A stretch of DNA of 64,000 nt from a virus (Duplodnaviria; Caudoviricetes), in IMG/VR virus record IMGVR_UViG_2706795976_000001, positions 1 through 64,000 of that record, one strand, 5' to 3'. How positions within the stretch are numbered: position 1 is the stretch's first letter; every line of letters begins with the position of its first letter. Of the stretch, positions 16,045-27,300 are shown piece after piece. The notes under the pieces were generated by a model, which saw nothing but the letters and a program-made list of their open reading frames with translations, did not search any database and had not been told where the DNA came from. A program made the translations under genes and the position numbers.

Positions 16045-17094
16045 ATGGCTAACGAAAACATCCTCATGGATCCGGTGCATCCTGACGCCGCGATTGCCTT
16101 TGCGCGCGAGGTTCCGGATCAGGCACAGAATGTGCTGAACCAGTACCTCCCGGACAAGACCATTCAGGACACCCGCGTCGAGGTGACCGAAGTCGAAATG
16201 ACTTCGCACGTCGCCGAGTACCGCTCGTTCGACGGCTCGATCCCGCGCCTGAAGCGAGACGGCTACCGGGTCAGCCAGGTCAGCCTGCAGCCCCTGTCGC
16301 AGCGCGGTGGCTACGGTGAGTACGAGCGCCTCCAGCTCGAGAAGCTCCGCCAGAACGGCGGCAGCGAGGCGGCTCTCGCCGACGCGATCTACAACGACAT
16401 CGAGCGGTCTGTCAAGTACATCCGCAACCGTGTCGAGATCGCTCGCGGCCAGCTCCTGAGCACCGGCCAGCAGGTCATCAACGAGAACGGCGTCAACCTC
16501 TCGGCTGACTACGGCGTTCCGGACGAGCACTTCGTCTCCCCCGAGGTCGAGTGGACTGACGTCGACGACGCCAAGCCGATCGAAGACCTCCTGAAGTGGG
16601 TCGAGGTCTACGCCGACTCCTACGGCGCGGTCCCGGCGGGCATGCTGATGTCCCGCAAGACCAAGGGCCTCCTGCGTGCCTCTGCGGAGATCCGCAACTT
16701 CGCGAACATGAACGTCGTCGGCGGGCCCCGGTTCGTCAATGACGCCGTGGTCGCCTCGGCTCTCGACAACTTCGACCTCCCGGGCATTCTCCCGACCTAC
16801 GATCAGAAGATCGCCGGTAACCGGGTTATCCCCGAGGGCAAGATCATCTTCCTTCCTCCGAACCCGGCCGATCTGGGCAACACCTACTGGGGTATCACCG
16901 CCACGGCGATGGAGCTCCTGAACGCCGCTCAGACCGATCTGTCCTTCGCGGACGCCCCCGGTCTCGTCGGCATCGTCACCAAGACCGGCCCGCCCTTCCT
17001 CCAGGAAGTCATCGTCGACTCGCTGGTCCTCCCGGTTCTCAACAACCCGAAGGCCCTGTTCGTCGCTGACATCTCGGTGGGCACTGCGTCCTGA
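16045..17094 (+). CDS. Major capsid protein (lambda gpE-like family)
   Basis: 349 aa with strongly biased codon usage; RVEIARGQLLSTG, DYGVP and PVLNNP motifs; synteny. Confidence 0.88.
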   Translation: MANENILMDPVHPDAAIAFAREVPDQAQNVLNQYLPDKTIQDTRVEVTEVEMTSHVAEYRSFDGSIPRLKRDGYRVSQVSLQPLSQRGGYGEYERLQLEKLRQNGGSEAALADAIYNDIERSVKYIRNRVEIARGQLLSTGQQVINENGVNLSADYGVPDEHFVSPEVEWTDVDDAKPIEDLLKWVEVYADSYGAVPAGMLMSRKTKGLLRASAEIRNFANMNVVGGPRFVNDAVVASALDNFDLPGILPTYDQKIAGNRVIPEGKIIFLPPNPADLGNTYWGITATAMELLNAAQTDLSFADAPGLVGIVTKTGPPFLQEVIVDSLVLPVLNNPKALFVADISVGTAS

Positions 17095-17102
17095 TCCTTC
17101 TA

Positions 17103-17139
17103 CCCTGCCTCCGCTGACTTCTGGTTGGCGGAGGCAGGG
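17103..17139 (+). terminator. Strong hairpin after the major capsid gene
   Basis: CCCTGCCTCCGC...GCGGAGGCAGGG 12-bp stem; no U-tract. Confidence 0.6.
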
Positions 17140-17156
17140 GACCTCAGGAGGTCATA

Positions 17157-17543
17157 ATGGGCAAGTACGTCGAACCCGATGACGTACAGGATCGGTACCA
17201 GGGTGGAACGCTCAACACCGATTGGCTCGAGCGGCAGATCCTGGATGCAGAGATGCTCCTGTTTGATCTGATCCCGCGCCTGGAGGACAACGCCTCTGAC
17301 CGGGACATCGAGCGCATCAAGTACGTCGTGTCCCGGGCCGTCATCCGGTTCCACGACAACCCCCGAGGCATCATCTCCGAGACGGTGCAGGATCAGTCCT
17401 ACCGACTCAGTGATCCGAAGACCGACGACGCAAGTGGTCTGTACTTCTACGCCTCCGAACTGACCCGGTTCCGCACTGTCCCGGTGCAGCGGATCGGCAC
17501 ACTCAAGATTTCCCCCAGTTGGATGTCAGGACGAGATGCCTAG
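17157..17543 (+). CDS. Head-to-tail adaptor
   Basis: VVSRAVIRFHDNPRGIISET motif; synteny. Confidence 0.75.
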   Translation: MGKYVEPDDVQDRYQGGTLNTDWLERQILDAEMLLFDLIPRLEDNASDRDIERIKYVVSRAVIRFHDNPRGIISETVQDQSYRLSDPKTDDASGLYFYASELTRFRTVPVQRIGTLKISPSWMSGRDA

Positions 17544-17886
17544 CGATTTCATGGTGATTCACCGTCCCAGCACGGACCGGACCACCCGCCAGAAGCATGG
17601 CAACGCCGGAAAGTCGCGCAGGAGTCTGGAGCCCTCTCACGAGGTGCCCTGCATCATCTCCTACACCGACACAGACAGCTTCGATGACCCGGAGTACCAA
17701 CGAGACGGCCGTACGGTCGATGCCAAGGCTTGGTACGACGCTCCCGAGGACGTCATGGCATCGGACCTCATCGAACTTCCCGATGGCCTGCTCTACAGGA
17801 TCATTGGCAAGCCCCTTCCTCGGAAGTCCGGTCTCACCGGCCGGGTCATGCGAACCCTCGTGGAGCTCACTCGAACGGAGGGGTGA
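17536..17886 (+). CDS. Head-to-tail stopper (probable)
   Basis: DVMASDLIELPDG..YRIIGKP; synteny. Confidence 0.65.
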   Translation: MPSDFMVIHRPSTDRTTRQKHGNAGKSRRSLEPSHEVPCIISYTDTDSFDDPEYQRDGRTVDAKAWYDAPEDVMASDLIELPDGLLYRIIGKPLPRKSGLTGRVMRTLVELTRTEG

Positions 17887-18314
17887 TGGCCGTCCAGCGC
17901 GTCAGGTACGAGCCCAACAAGCCCTACGTTTCCAATGCCTTGATAAGTACCCAAATGCGGGGCATGCTTAGAGAGAAGACAACACTAGGCAAGAATCTCT
18001 ATGCCCGGCGAGTGGTCATCGGCAAGAGGCCACACAAGGGTCCGAAGAACTTCCAGTCCGTCGGGGCCCGTGTTCGCAGGCTAGGAGATCGCCTGGTTGG
18101 GGAGCTGTACACTACAGCACGCCACGGCATCGTCCGAGAGTTCGGTAGGCAGAGGGATATCCAGCGAGGCGCGTACTACACCAAGTTCGTCGCCGCGAAG
18201 TATAAGCGAAGCATCAGGGGTCGAGCAAAAAGCCGAGGCAAGGACGCAGAACACGTCCTGGGCGGAGACAACCGTCGCCGCCAGAGCATCATTGCAACCC
18301 TGGAGAATCGCTAA
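17886..18314 (+). CDS. Basic neck / tail-completion protein
   Basis: Arg/Lys-rich, VREFG motif; synteny. Confidence 0.6.
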   Translation: MAVQRVRYEPNKPYVSNALISTQMRGMLREKTTLGKNLYARRVVIGKRPHKGPKNFQSVGARVRRLGDRLVGELYTTARHGIVREFGRQRDIQRGAYYTKFVAAKYKRSIRGRAKSRGKDAEHVLGGDNRRRQSIIATLENR

Positions 18315-18316
18315 CC

Positions 18317-18787
18317 ATGGATGTCGAAGACATCGACCCCGAGCTCATGCTCATGGCCCTGCTCGACGACCTGGGTTACACCGACACGGTCATTCCCGAG
18401 TACAAGGACTTCCTCGAGGCTGAGGCCGAGGGTTCGGACAAGTACTGGGCCGGTTGGGACGACATCCTTCCGATCATCGTAGTCAACCGACTACCGGCTG
18501 GTGGCGTTACTCCAGACGAACTCCAGGACCGCGCGCTCATGGCCGTGGTCGTTGTGGGAGAGTCTCGGAAGCACGCCCATGAAGTCGCCAAGAAGGTCCG
18601 CAAGAGGATCCTAAACGGCGGTCACCCCTTCGAGATAACCTACACCGATGAAGACGGCAACCAGCTAGGGCCCTTCCTCATCGAACCAACTTCCGAGGTT
18701 GAACCGGCTTCACTCGAGCCGGACATCGACCCAGACAACCGATTTGTAGAAGCGAATTACTGGATGCCGATTTCGCTTCGATTCTGA
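18317..18787 (+). CDS. Tail terminator (probable)
   Basis: Acidic; LPIIVVNRLPAGG; position before the major tail gene. Confidence 0.65.
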   Translation: MDVEDIDPELMLMALLDDLGYTDTVIPEYKDFLEAEAEGSDKYWAGWDDILPIIVVNRLPAGGVTPDELQDRALMAVVVVGESRKHAHEVAKKVRKRILNGGHPFEITYTDEDGNQLGPFLIEPTSEVEPASLEPDIDPDNRFVEANYWMPISLRF

Positions 18788-19239
18788 TGGCATCAAGAAT
18801 GAAGTCCTGTGAGCACTGCTCCGCGCAGTTCACGGGCAGCAGGCGAGCCTTCTGCGCAGACTGCTTCACCTCAGTGGCCAAGTGCTACACATGTGAAAAG
18901 GTCAAATCCCTTGGGGAGTTCAACCGACATCGTGGACGCCCGAACGGTTACGACAGCAAGTGCCGATCCTGTGCGGCGGGGTTGAAACTCAAACTGCGGT
19001 ACGGAATCACCCAGTCAGAGTATGACGCCAAGGCCGAAGCCCAGCAGTTCGAGTGTGCTATATGCCACAAGACTCGACCGCTGGTCCTCGATCACTGCCA
19101 CGAGACGGGCAACAACCGGGGCCTCCTTTGCTCGCCTTGCAATTCCGCAATCGGCCTACTCGGTGAGGATGAAAACGTCCTCCTCTCCGCAGTCCAATAT
19201 CTCGAGTCTCACAGGCTCGTACACACTTCCAAAACATAG
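18787..19239 (+). CDS. Endonuclease VII-like (HNH) freestanding endonuclease
   Basis: RYGIT...CAIC...LDHCHETGNNRGLLCSPCNSAIG. Confidence 0.9.
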   Translation: MASRMKSCEHCSAQFTGSRRAFCADCFTSVAKCYTCEKVKSLGEFNRHRGRPNGYDSKCRSCAAGLKLKLRYGITQSEYDAKAEAQQFECAICHKTRPLVLDHCHETGNNRGLLCSPCNSAIGLLGEDENVLLSAVQYLESHRLVHTSKT

Positions 19240-19248
19240 GAGAGCATA

Positions 19249-19914
19249 ATGGCTTCTCTCAGTGACATCCAGGGCGTCCGGAAGAGCCTCATTCGCAAGC
19301 CGCTTGCGGGTGGCGTTCTGTTCGCGCCGATCTCGGCCACCGTGCCGGTCAACTGGACCACCGAATCCGGTGGGATCATCACCTTCAACATCCCGGCCGG
19401 GCACGAGCCGGTGGGTGCCATCTCCAAGGAGAACCCGCCCACCTTCACGCCCGAGACCGAGACCTCCGACGTCGAGACCTGGGGCTTCCTCGAGGCCACT
19501 CGTACCGACATCATCTCGCGTAACACCACGGTCAACTTCGTTGCGCAGGAGACCAACCGCAAGACCCTCGAGCTCTACCACAACGTCGACCTGAGCGGCG
19601 TGGAGGCTGATGCCGATACCGGTGAGGTGCAGTTCGCTGACCCGACCGCTCCCGACATCATCTACCACCGCGCAGCTTTCGTCTCGGTCGACGGCCAGAA
19701 CGAGCGCGCGATCTACATCATCAAGTACTGCCCCAACTTCGTCATCACCGAGGTCGGCGAGCAGAGCTGGAGCTCGGAAGGCGCACTCGAGTACAACATC
19801 ACCGGCCGCGCCAAGGTGGATGAGACTGTCGGCTACGCCGTCAAGACCATCATCTGCGGCCCGGGCTGGCTTGACCAGGGAGACGACCACGGCTTCACCG
19901 CCGCTTCGTCCTGA
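19249..19914 (+). CDS. Major tail protein
   Basis: TSDVETWGFLEATRTDI, AQETNR; highly biased codons; synteny. Confidence 0.85.
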   Translation: MASLSDIQGVRKSLIRKPLAGGVLFAPISATVPVNWTTESGGIITFNIPAGHEPVGAISKENPPTFTPETETSDVETWGFLEATRTDIISRNTTVNFVAQETNRKTLELYHNVDLSGVEADADTGEVQFADPTAPDIIYHRAAFVSVDGQNERAIYIIKYCPNFVITEVGEQSWSSEGALEYNITGRAKVDETVGYAVKTIICGPGWLDQGDDHGFTAASS

Positions 19915-19943
19915 TCCTCGGGCCTTCGGGCCCTAATGACACT

Positions 19944-19981
19944 GCCCCGCTGCTGAATACACTCCCCGGCAGCAGCGGGGC
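19944..19981 (+). terminator. Hairpin after the major tail gene
   Basis: GCCCCGCTGCTG/CAGCAGCGGGGC 12-bp stem. Confidence 0.55.
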
Positions 19982-20024
19982 GGAGTCCAAACCACATACT
20001 TAACCGGGGCGACAGAAGGAAGAG

Positions 20025-20288
20025 ATGAGCGACTTCACCAAGAAGACGGTTATGGCCCGTGAAGACGGTGCCAAGGTCGTGGCTGAGAACGCCCTCGACT
20101 ACCACAACTATGTCGCACGGGGCTTCCGCGCCACCGACGAAGAGCTGCCTGCGGCCTACCAGGACGACGAGCCTGAGGCTGAGCAGAAGGACGAAGAGAA
20201 GCCTGCTGGCACCTCCTCGGTCCCTGCCGTGAGCACGGGCGCAGTTGTGAGCAAGCCGGACGCTAAGGCTGCTGACTCCAAGAAGTAA
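20025..20288 (+). CDS. Hypothetical protein
   Basis: AGAAGGAAGAG SD; 87 aa. Confidence 0.7.
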   Translation: MSDFTKKTVMAREDGAKVVAENALDYHNYVARGFRATDEELPAAYQDDEPEAEQKDEEKPAGTSSVPAVSTGAVVSKPDAKAADSKK

Positions 20289-20318
20289 CCCACCCACAAC
20301 AACACTAGGGGAGTGTAA

Positions 20319-20795
20319 ATGTCCAAGAAGGACACCGCCAAGGTCGCAGAGGACAAGTCGGAAGACGCCCTCGACGAAAGCGTCCTGACCGAAGAGGATT
20401 TCGACCTCGAAGCTGCTCCGGACTCGCGCTGGCTGAGCATCCTCGAGGACGCCCTCGAGGACTATAAGCGTGGCGATTCGTACTTCTTCGACGGCTTCGG
20501 CCCGAAGAACATCATCGAGATCACGCCTCCGGACACCGCTGAGCGGGCCCTGGCGATCATCAACCTGAACGACCTCAAGGGGTCGGTCGAACTTCGAGAT
20601 GTGAAGCCCTACCTCCAGGCCCTCCTGGGTGACAGCTTCGAAATCATCTGGAAGTACAAGCTGAGCCGCCTGCCAGTCGAGGTTTCGATCGCGTTCGCGC
20701 TCGAGCTCCAGGAGCACTTCTTCGGTGCCGGTACGATCGACAAGATCAAGGCCAACGGCGCGGACAAGCTGCCGGGGGGCTCCCAGGGCTCGTAG
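20319..20795 (+). CDS. Tail assembly chaperone (G)
   Basis: Upstream of the tape measure gene; ends CCG GGG GGC ... TAG. Confidence 0.8.
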   Translation: MSKKDTAKVAEDKSEDALDESVLTEEDFDLEAAPDSRWLSILEDALEDYKRGDSYFFDGFGPKNIIEITPPDTAERALAIINLNDLKGSVELRDVKPYLQALLGDSFEIIWKYKLSRLPVEVSIAFALELQEHFFGAGTIDKIKANGADKLPGGSQGS

Positions 20796-21307
20796 AGCTA
20801 CTGGAGGCTTACTACGAGCCCCTGACGCAGGACCTGGCCGATCGAGGAATAGACCTCCTCGATTGGGTCAGGGGCAAGCGTCCGTGGCCTCAGTTGTATG
20901 TGATCATCAAGGGATTCCGGCAGGGGCATTCCCGCTACCTTGATGTCATCAACCGCGATATGAAGTTCGCGGAGGGAATCGTCGCGGCCCAGAAGATGAT
21001 GGAAGAGGCCCAACGAGACGAGATGATCCGAACGGGTGTAGCACCGCCCGAGGATCCCGAAGAGGAACCCCGAGACACTCCTACTTCAAACTTTGGCTGG
21101 GACACAAATGCCGAGCTGCAGGCCCAGACCATCGACGCCATCAAGGTGCTCAACGCCACACTCATCGCAGTGAATACGGCGAAGGGCAAGAAGCCCCCCA
21201 AGGTTCGGCCGACATCCAGGCCCGTCTCCGCGATGGAGGCTGTCCGCCGTCGGATGGATCGCGAGGAAGCTCAGTCCGCCCTAAAGCAGCTTGGATTCAA
21301 TCTATAA
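20319..21307 (+). CDS. Tail assembly chaperone (G-T fusion via -1 frameshift at 20774-20780)
   Basis: The -1 frame is open from the GGGGGGC run (GLPGLVELLEAYYEPLTQDLADRGIDLLDW...) into ORF 20894..21307. Confidence 0.75.
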
Positions 21308-21319
21308 AGGGAGGGCCTG

Positions 21320-24300
21320 ATGGCTGACAAGCGTTATCAGGCCGGTACCGCTTGGATCAAGGTATCCCCCGACTTCCGTGGCTGGACCAAGGAAGTCAAG
21401 GATCAGGTCAACGACAGTCTCAATAATCTTCAAGCCCGTGCATCGCTCGATAAGAGCAGTGCACGGGCTACACGTCGTGATCTGGACAAGGCCCTCGAGG
21501 GCGTGGAGGCCAATGTTGGTGTCGCGCTGTCGAAGCGTGAGCTGAAGGCTGCCAAGAAGGACCTCGACGGCATCGCAGGCAAGCACCGTCGCATCGCCAT
21601 CGTGCAGGCCGAGCTCGATGACGCCCGCGCCCGTAAGCAGCTGCGCGAGATGGGCAACGACTTCGGCAAGATGGTGCTGTCGCCCAAGGTTCAGCTCGAT
21701 CCGAAGTCCATCTCCAAGGAGTTCGACCGGCTTCAGAACCAGATCGCCAAGCGTGCCAACGCTGGTATGGTGCTACCTCCCAAGGTGACCCGAGACGTTC
21801 TCGACTCCGCCCTGCGTGCCGACCTCCTGAACAAGAAGCTCGCCGACGCCCGCAAGGAAGTCGAGAAGATCGAGAAGGGCCGCGACAAGATCCGCAAGGC
21901 CCTCAACGCCGACCGCGATCAGGGCAAGTACTCCTTCGGCGAAGTCCGCCGCATGATCGAGGACGAGCTCAAGCTCGAGCGCGCCCTGAAGAAGGCTCGC
22001 CTGGAGTTCGACCGCGCGATCAAGTCTCAAGTGGCAGCGAACAATACGCTGGCTCGCTCTGAGGCCAAGATGATTCGCAGCCTCAAGAATGAATCGGCGA
22101 GGGTGCGTAAGCCTAAGCGGGCGGACTCGATCATCGCCCAGCCGGGGGATCAGGCCAACTTCTCCGATCGTGTTCGTCAGCGTCGAGAATCCAGCGCCGG
22201 AAAGAGCTCACTCAAGGAAGATGTCGTTGCGTTCAAGAACGCGGCCGACTTTGCCCAGAAGCTAGACCGCGAGATCGCCAAGCTCGAGGCCTCGGAAGTA
22301 TCTCTGGCACATGCCAATCGGACTGTAATTGAGACCCAGAACCGTCTCAACGAAGTGATCGAAAAGGGAATCTCCACCTCGAAGCAGGGTGTCGCGGCGA
22401 ACATCGCACATACCCGGGCCGTGCAGCAGCTCGAACGTGCGGCCGTGGCCAAGGACAACCAGGAGCTCGTCACCACCCGAATGCGGGAGGACTACAACGA
22501 GACCGCCAAGGTTCTCCAGGAGCGCCTCGACACCAACCCCATCAGCCGCTGGACTCAGCAGCTCGAGCTCGCCTCCTCGCGCAGCATTACCGCGTTCACC
22601 AACCGACTGGTGTACGCGGGTCGAGTCGTGTCTTCGTTCGTGGTCCTCAGCTCAGCCGCAGGCGCTGCACTCGGCACCCTCGGCCTCATCAACCTCGGGC
22701 CCCTGGTGGGCACCCTGGGGCAGGTCGCTGGCGCGCTCGGCATCCTACCCGGCCTCGCCGTAGCAGCCGGTACCGCCATCGGTGCCATCGCGCTCGGCGT
22801 CTCCGGCATTGGTGGCGCATTCAAGTCGGCTACGAAGCTCTCAGACGCCATGGCAGCCGCTGGTGGACCCGGACAGTCGTCCGACAACTCCAAGGCTGTC
22901 CGTAACGCCCAGAGGGGTGTCGCGCAGGCCAACAAGGCTGCCGCCCGCACCGCCGCCAACGGTGCCAAGCAGATCGCTGATGCTGAGCGAGGCGTACAGG
23001 ATGCCCAGAAGTCGTCCCAGCGCGCACAGAAGGACCTTACCCAGGCTCGCAAGGATGCCGCTGAGCAGAATGAGGAGCTCAAGGAATCCATCCGCGACAT
23101 GGCCCTCGAGGAGGAGGACGCGGCGCTCTCGGTCCAGGAGGCCCGCGAGCGACTTGGCGAAGTACTGCGTGACCCGGACTCGACCGGCACGCAGCGTCGT
23201 CGTGCCAACCTGTCGTACCGGCAGGCCCTGGAGGCTCAGCGCGATCTTCGCCGCGAGCACCAGAAGACCAAGACCGAATTCGCCGATGCTCAGAAGAAGG
23301 GTATCGAAGGCTCCGATGTTGTTGTGGCAGCACAGGAGCGAGTGGCAGAAGCCGCCGAGGGTGTCGCCGAGGCCCAGCGTGGCGTTGCTGAGGCCCAGCA
23401 GAACGCCGCCGAGTCTAACGCCGATGCGCAGGAACGTGTCGCCGAGGCTCAGGAGGCGCTGTCTGAGGCTATGACCACCTCTGCGGCTGGCGGTAGCGCC
23501 GCGCAGAAGGCCCTGGAGGAGTACGAGCGCGAGCTCGCCAAGCTGCACCCGCAGGCGCGTGCGCTGGTTAAGCAGGTCCTGGGCATGAAGGATGCCTGGA
23601 TGGACGTCCGTAACTCCGTGCAGGGCAGGCTGTTTGGTGGAGTGGCCACTGACATCCAGGAGCTGGCGACTAAGCAGCTTCCTCTCCTGCAGAAGGGCCT
23701 CGGGGAGACTGCCGAGGGGATCAACGTCGGGCTCCGCGCGGCACTCGACTACCTTAAGGGAAGCAAGGCCACTGCCGACTTCACCTCGATCTTCGACAAC
23801 TCGGCCGAAGGGGTCGAACACTTCTCGGTTGGTCTGACCAACCTTCTCCGAGCTCTCGTCCCGGTCGCCGAGGTCGGCACCCGATTCATGCCATGGTTTG
23901 GCCGCAGCATTCGCGACACCACGAATGACTGGCGCATCATGGCCGAGGCTGCGCAGGCTGATGGATCGATGGAGGACTACTTCATCAAGGCGATCACCCG
24001 CGCACAGCAGTATGGTCGAATCCTTCGGGATCTCGGCGGTGGTGCTGTGGCTATCTTCGCCTCGGTCACCGGACTGGGAGAGGACACCCTTAACCGTACA
24101 GAGGTTCGGATCGCAGCCTGGCGTGAGCGACTTGAGACCGAGCTCGGTGGCGAGGGAGTTGTCAACTGGTTCACCAAGGTTCGAGATCTGTTCTCGACTA
24201 TCCTGGAAATTACGGGCGACGTAGCAGCATTCATCATTGCCCATGTTGTTCCCGCGTTCTCCGCCATCACCGACGTGGTGGCACCGATCGTGGGGGGTGT

Positions 24301-27300
24301 CGTCCACCTGACAACTGCGTTCGCAGACATGTTCCCGATCGTTCAGCATCTGCTGACCCTGTTCCTGGCGCTGCGCATCGTTGACACAGTCATCGGCGTG
24401 GGCCGTGGGGCAGTCGTGCGGATGAACGCCGCTCTGGCTACCCAGACCACGGCCATGACGACGATGCGGACTGCGTGGAATCAGGCCACCGTCGGAGTGA
24501 ACGGATACACTGGGGCCCTGGCGCGCGCGCATATCATGCAGCAGCGACTTGCCATGAGCCCCAACCCCATGCTGCGCCAGGTCGGTCAGTACGGGGCGAT
24601 GACGAGGGCCGTCGGCGGTGCTACTGCCGCCCTCGGTGGACTGCGTGCGGCCGGATCGTCCCTGGTCGGGTTCCTCGGTGGCCCTTGGGGTGTGGCAATC
24701 CTCGCGGTCATCGCCGGGCTCGGTATGTGGTACAGCGCTACCCAGAAGACCAAGCAGGAGACCCAGGAGCTCGAGGAGCGCACAAAGCGACTCACCAAGG
24801 CGCACAAGGACTACAACCGTGCAGTCGTGGAGTCGCGCGGGCGGCGGGATCCTCAGGTCATGTCCGCCGCTGAGGCTATTGCTACCGAGCGCATCGACCA
24901 GGTGGACAGCGACGCCGATGACAAGGTTGGATTCACTGACCGATTCGGCGACCTGTTCACCAAGGAATACTGGTCGACCGACACCTTCTTCGGCGACGAC
25001 ATGCAGTCGAAGAACATCGAGAAGAAGGAGCAGGAGCACGCCCTCGCCGAGAAGCAGAAGCAGCTCCTCAAGGACCTCAAGATCGATGCAGCGGAGGTTG
25101 GCCGGGCGCTCGCCGGGACGGACGAGGACTGGGTCACCTTCCGCAACCGTCTGACGGCATCGGGTGAAGCTGGCCGAGACCTCGCCGCGACCCTGGACGC
25201 CGATCGTGTCGCCATGAGCGAACAGGCTCGAGTTATCGAACAGCTCGACGCCGGGTACCTCGATCTCCACGACGCCCTCAGTGTCCTCCGGGATACGCAG
25301 GCGGATGCCACCGACAAGGCAACGGCGCTTCGCCAGGCCTTCGACGCCCTCATTCCCGGCAACGAGAAGATGGAGGCTCTCTCCAAGTTCGGCGAGACCA
25401 TGAAGTCCCTTCGGGATGCCATCGCCTCAGTTGACCCCGAAGGTGGCTTCGGTGATGAGCTGATCGGTGCGGGCGGCCAGCTGCGAACCACGTTCGCCAA
25501 CGCCAACACGCTGCTCCAGCTGATCAAGGATGGTCAGCAGAGCATCGCAGAGGCCCAGATGGCCGGTGCCACAACCGAAGAGGTCACCCAGATGTGGGAT
25601 GACTGGCGTGGTTCGGTGCTCCAGTTCGCGGACGCAGTGCAGATCCCTCGGGACCGGATGGAGCTGCTGCTCAAGCAGTTTGCGGCCACTCCGGAAGCTG
25701 TGTCTACCGTCATCAACATCGAGGGTGCCGGTAACGCCGCCGCAACCCTCGACGAGATCAAGCTGAAGATGGACACCCTCTTCGCCCAGGGCAAGGAGGG
25801 CAAGGGAACCTTCGCCATCGATGAGCGCATGCGCAACACGCTGCGCGAGATGGGCGCAGGCGTACGCGACATCAACGATGTGTACGCTGAGGTTACCTTC
25901 ACCAACGATGGTGTGTACCAGAGCTTCCTGAAGCTGCAGCAAGCGGTGCAGGGCACCAACACCGACCTCGACTGGCTCGCCAGCAAGGTCCAGGGCATGC
26001 CCGCTGGCAAGAAGATCATCATCGAGGACAACAGCCCGGCCACCGTCGCCCGGCTCGACGCCCTCGGATTCAAGGTCAAGACGCTCCCCGATGGTCGGAT
26101 CGTGGCAATTGCCGAGACGGAGACGGCTCAGACCGCCCTTCGGGCCCTGGAGGTTTCCCGGTCAACCACCATCACCGCCAACGTGGTGAAGGGTAGCGGC
26201 TGGGAGCACATCCACGACATGATGCTCCTCACCGAGAACCCGGAGGAGTGGAAGCGCCGTCACCAGCAGCGTCAGCAGAACCAGCAAATGCCCGGCTGGG
26301 GTGGCCCCTGGTTCAACAACAAGCCTCCCGGTGGCTACCGAGGCATGCGACTTCCCGGGTTCGCCAATGGTTCCCGCATGCCCGGAACCGGACCCGGCAC
26401 CGAGAAGCGAGACGGTATCTACGCCGTGCTCCCCGGCGGTATGCCCATCGCCATGGTCAACGGCAGCGAGTGGGTCATCAACGATAAGTCGTCGGAGAAG
26501 TACGACTGGCTGCTCAACCTCATCAACCAAGACCGCCTGCCCGGATTCGCCGTAGGTGGTCCGATGGGTGGTGGGCCCAAGAAGAAGCAGCCCGGACTCG
26601 GTGCCATCGGAGACCCGTTCTCCGCCATGGCCGGTGGGGTAATGGGCCTCGGCGACGCGTTCGGCACAGCCATCGGTACAGCAATCCCGCAGTGGCAGCA
26701 GTTCGGTACCACGCTGGCTTCGACCACCTCCAACTTCATTACCCCCGCCCTGACCGGTGTGCACTCGCAGATCAGCACACTGGGCTCTCTGCTGCCCACG
26801 ATCACGCAGTCGCAGATCCTGCCGCCGTGGATGAACATGGCCACTCAGATGGCAAATGCGAAGGCCACCTACATCGACCCGGCATTCCAGGGCATCACCT
26901 CGAACCTGACCAACCTCAGCGCTCGGGTTCCCGCTACGGCCGGAATCGTCAGCCCCACTTGGCAGTCCATGGCCACCCAGATCATGGGGGCCAAGACCGG
27001 CACTATTGACCCGGCCTTCCAGGGCATCCAGGGTGGCCTGGGTAACGTACAAAGCTCCTTCGCCACAGCGGTTCCCAACATCGCCAGCCAGTGGAATGGC
27101 ATGCGCGAGGCTACTGCAGCCCCCGTGCGGTTCACCATCAACACCGTCTTCAACGACGGCCTCGTTGGCATGTGGAACTCCGTCGCCGACATCATCGGCG
27201 GCAAGAAGATGAACCCCTACGCCGCCAAGTTCGCGCGAGGTGGCGTGCTTCCGGGCTACACCCCCGGCCGGGACGTGCACAAGTTCATCTCCCCGACCGG

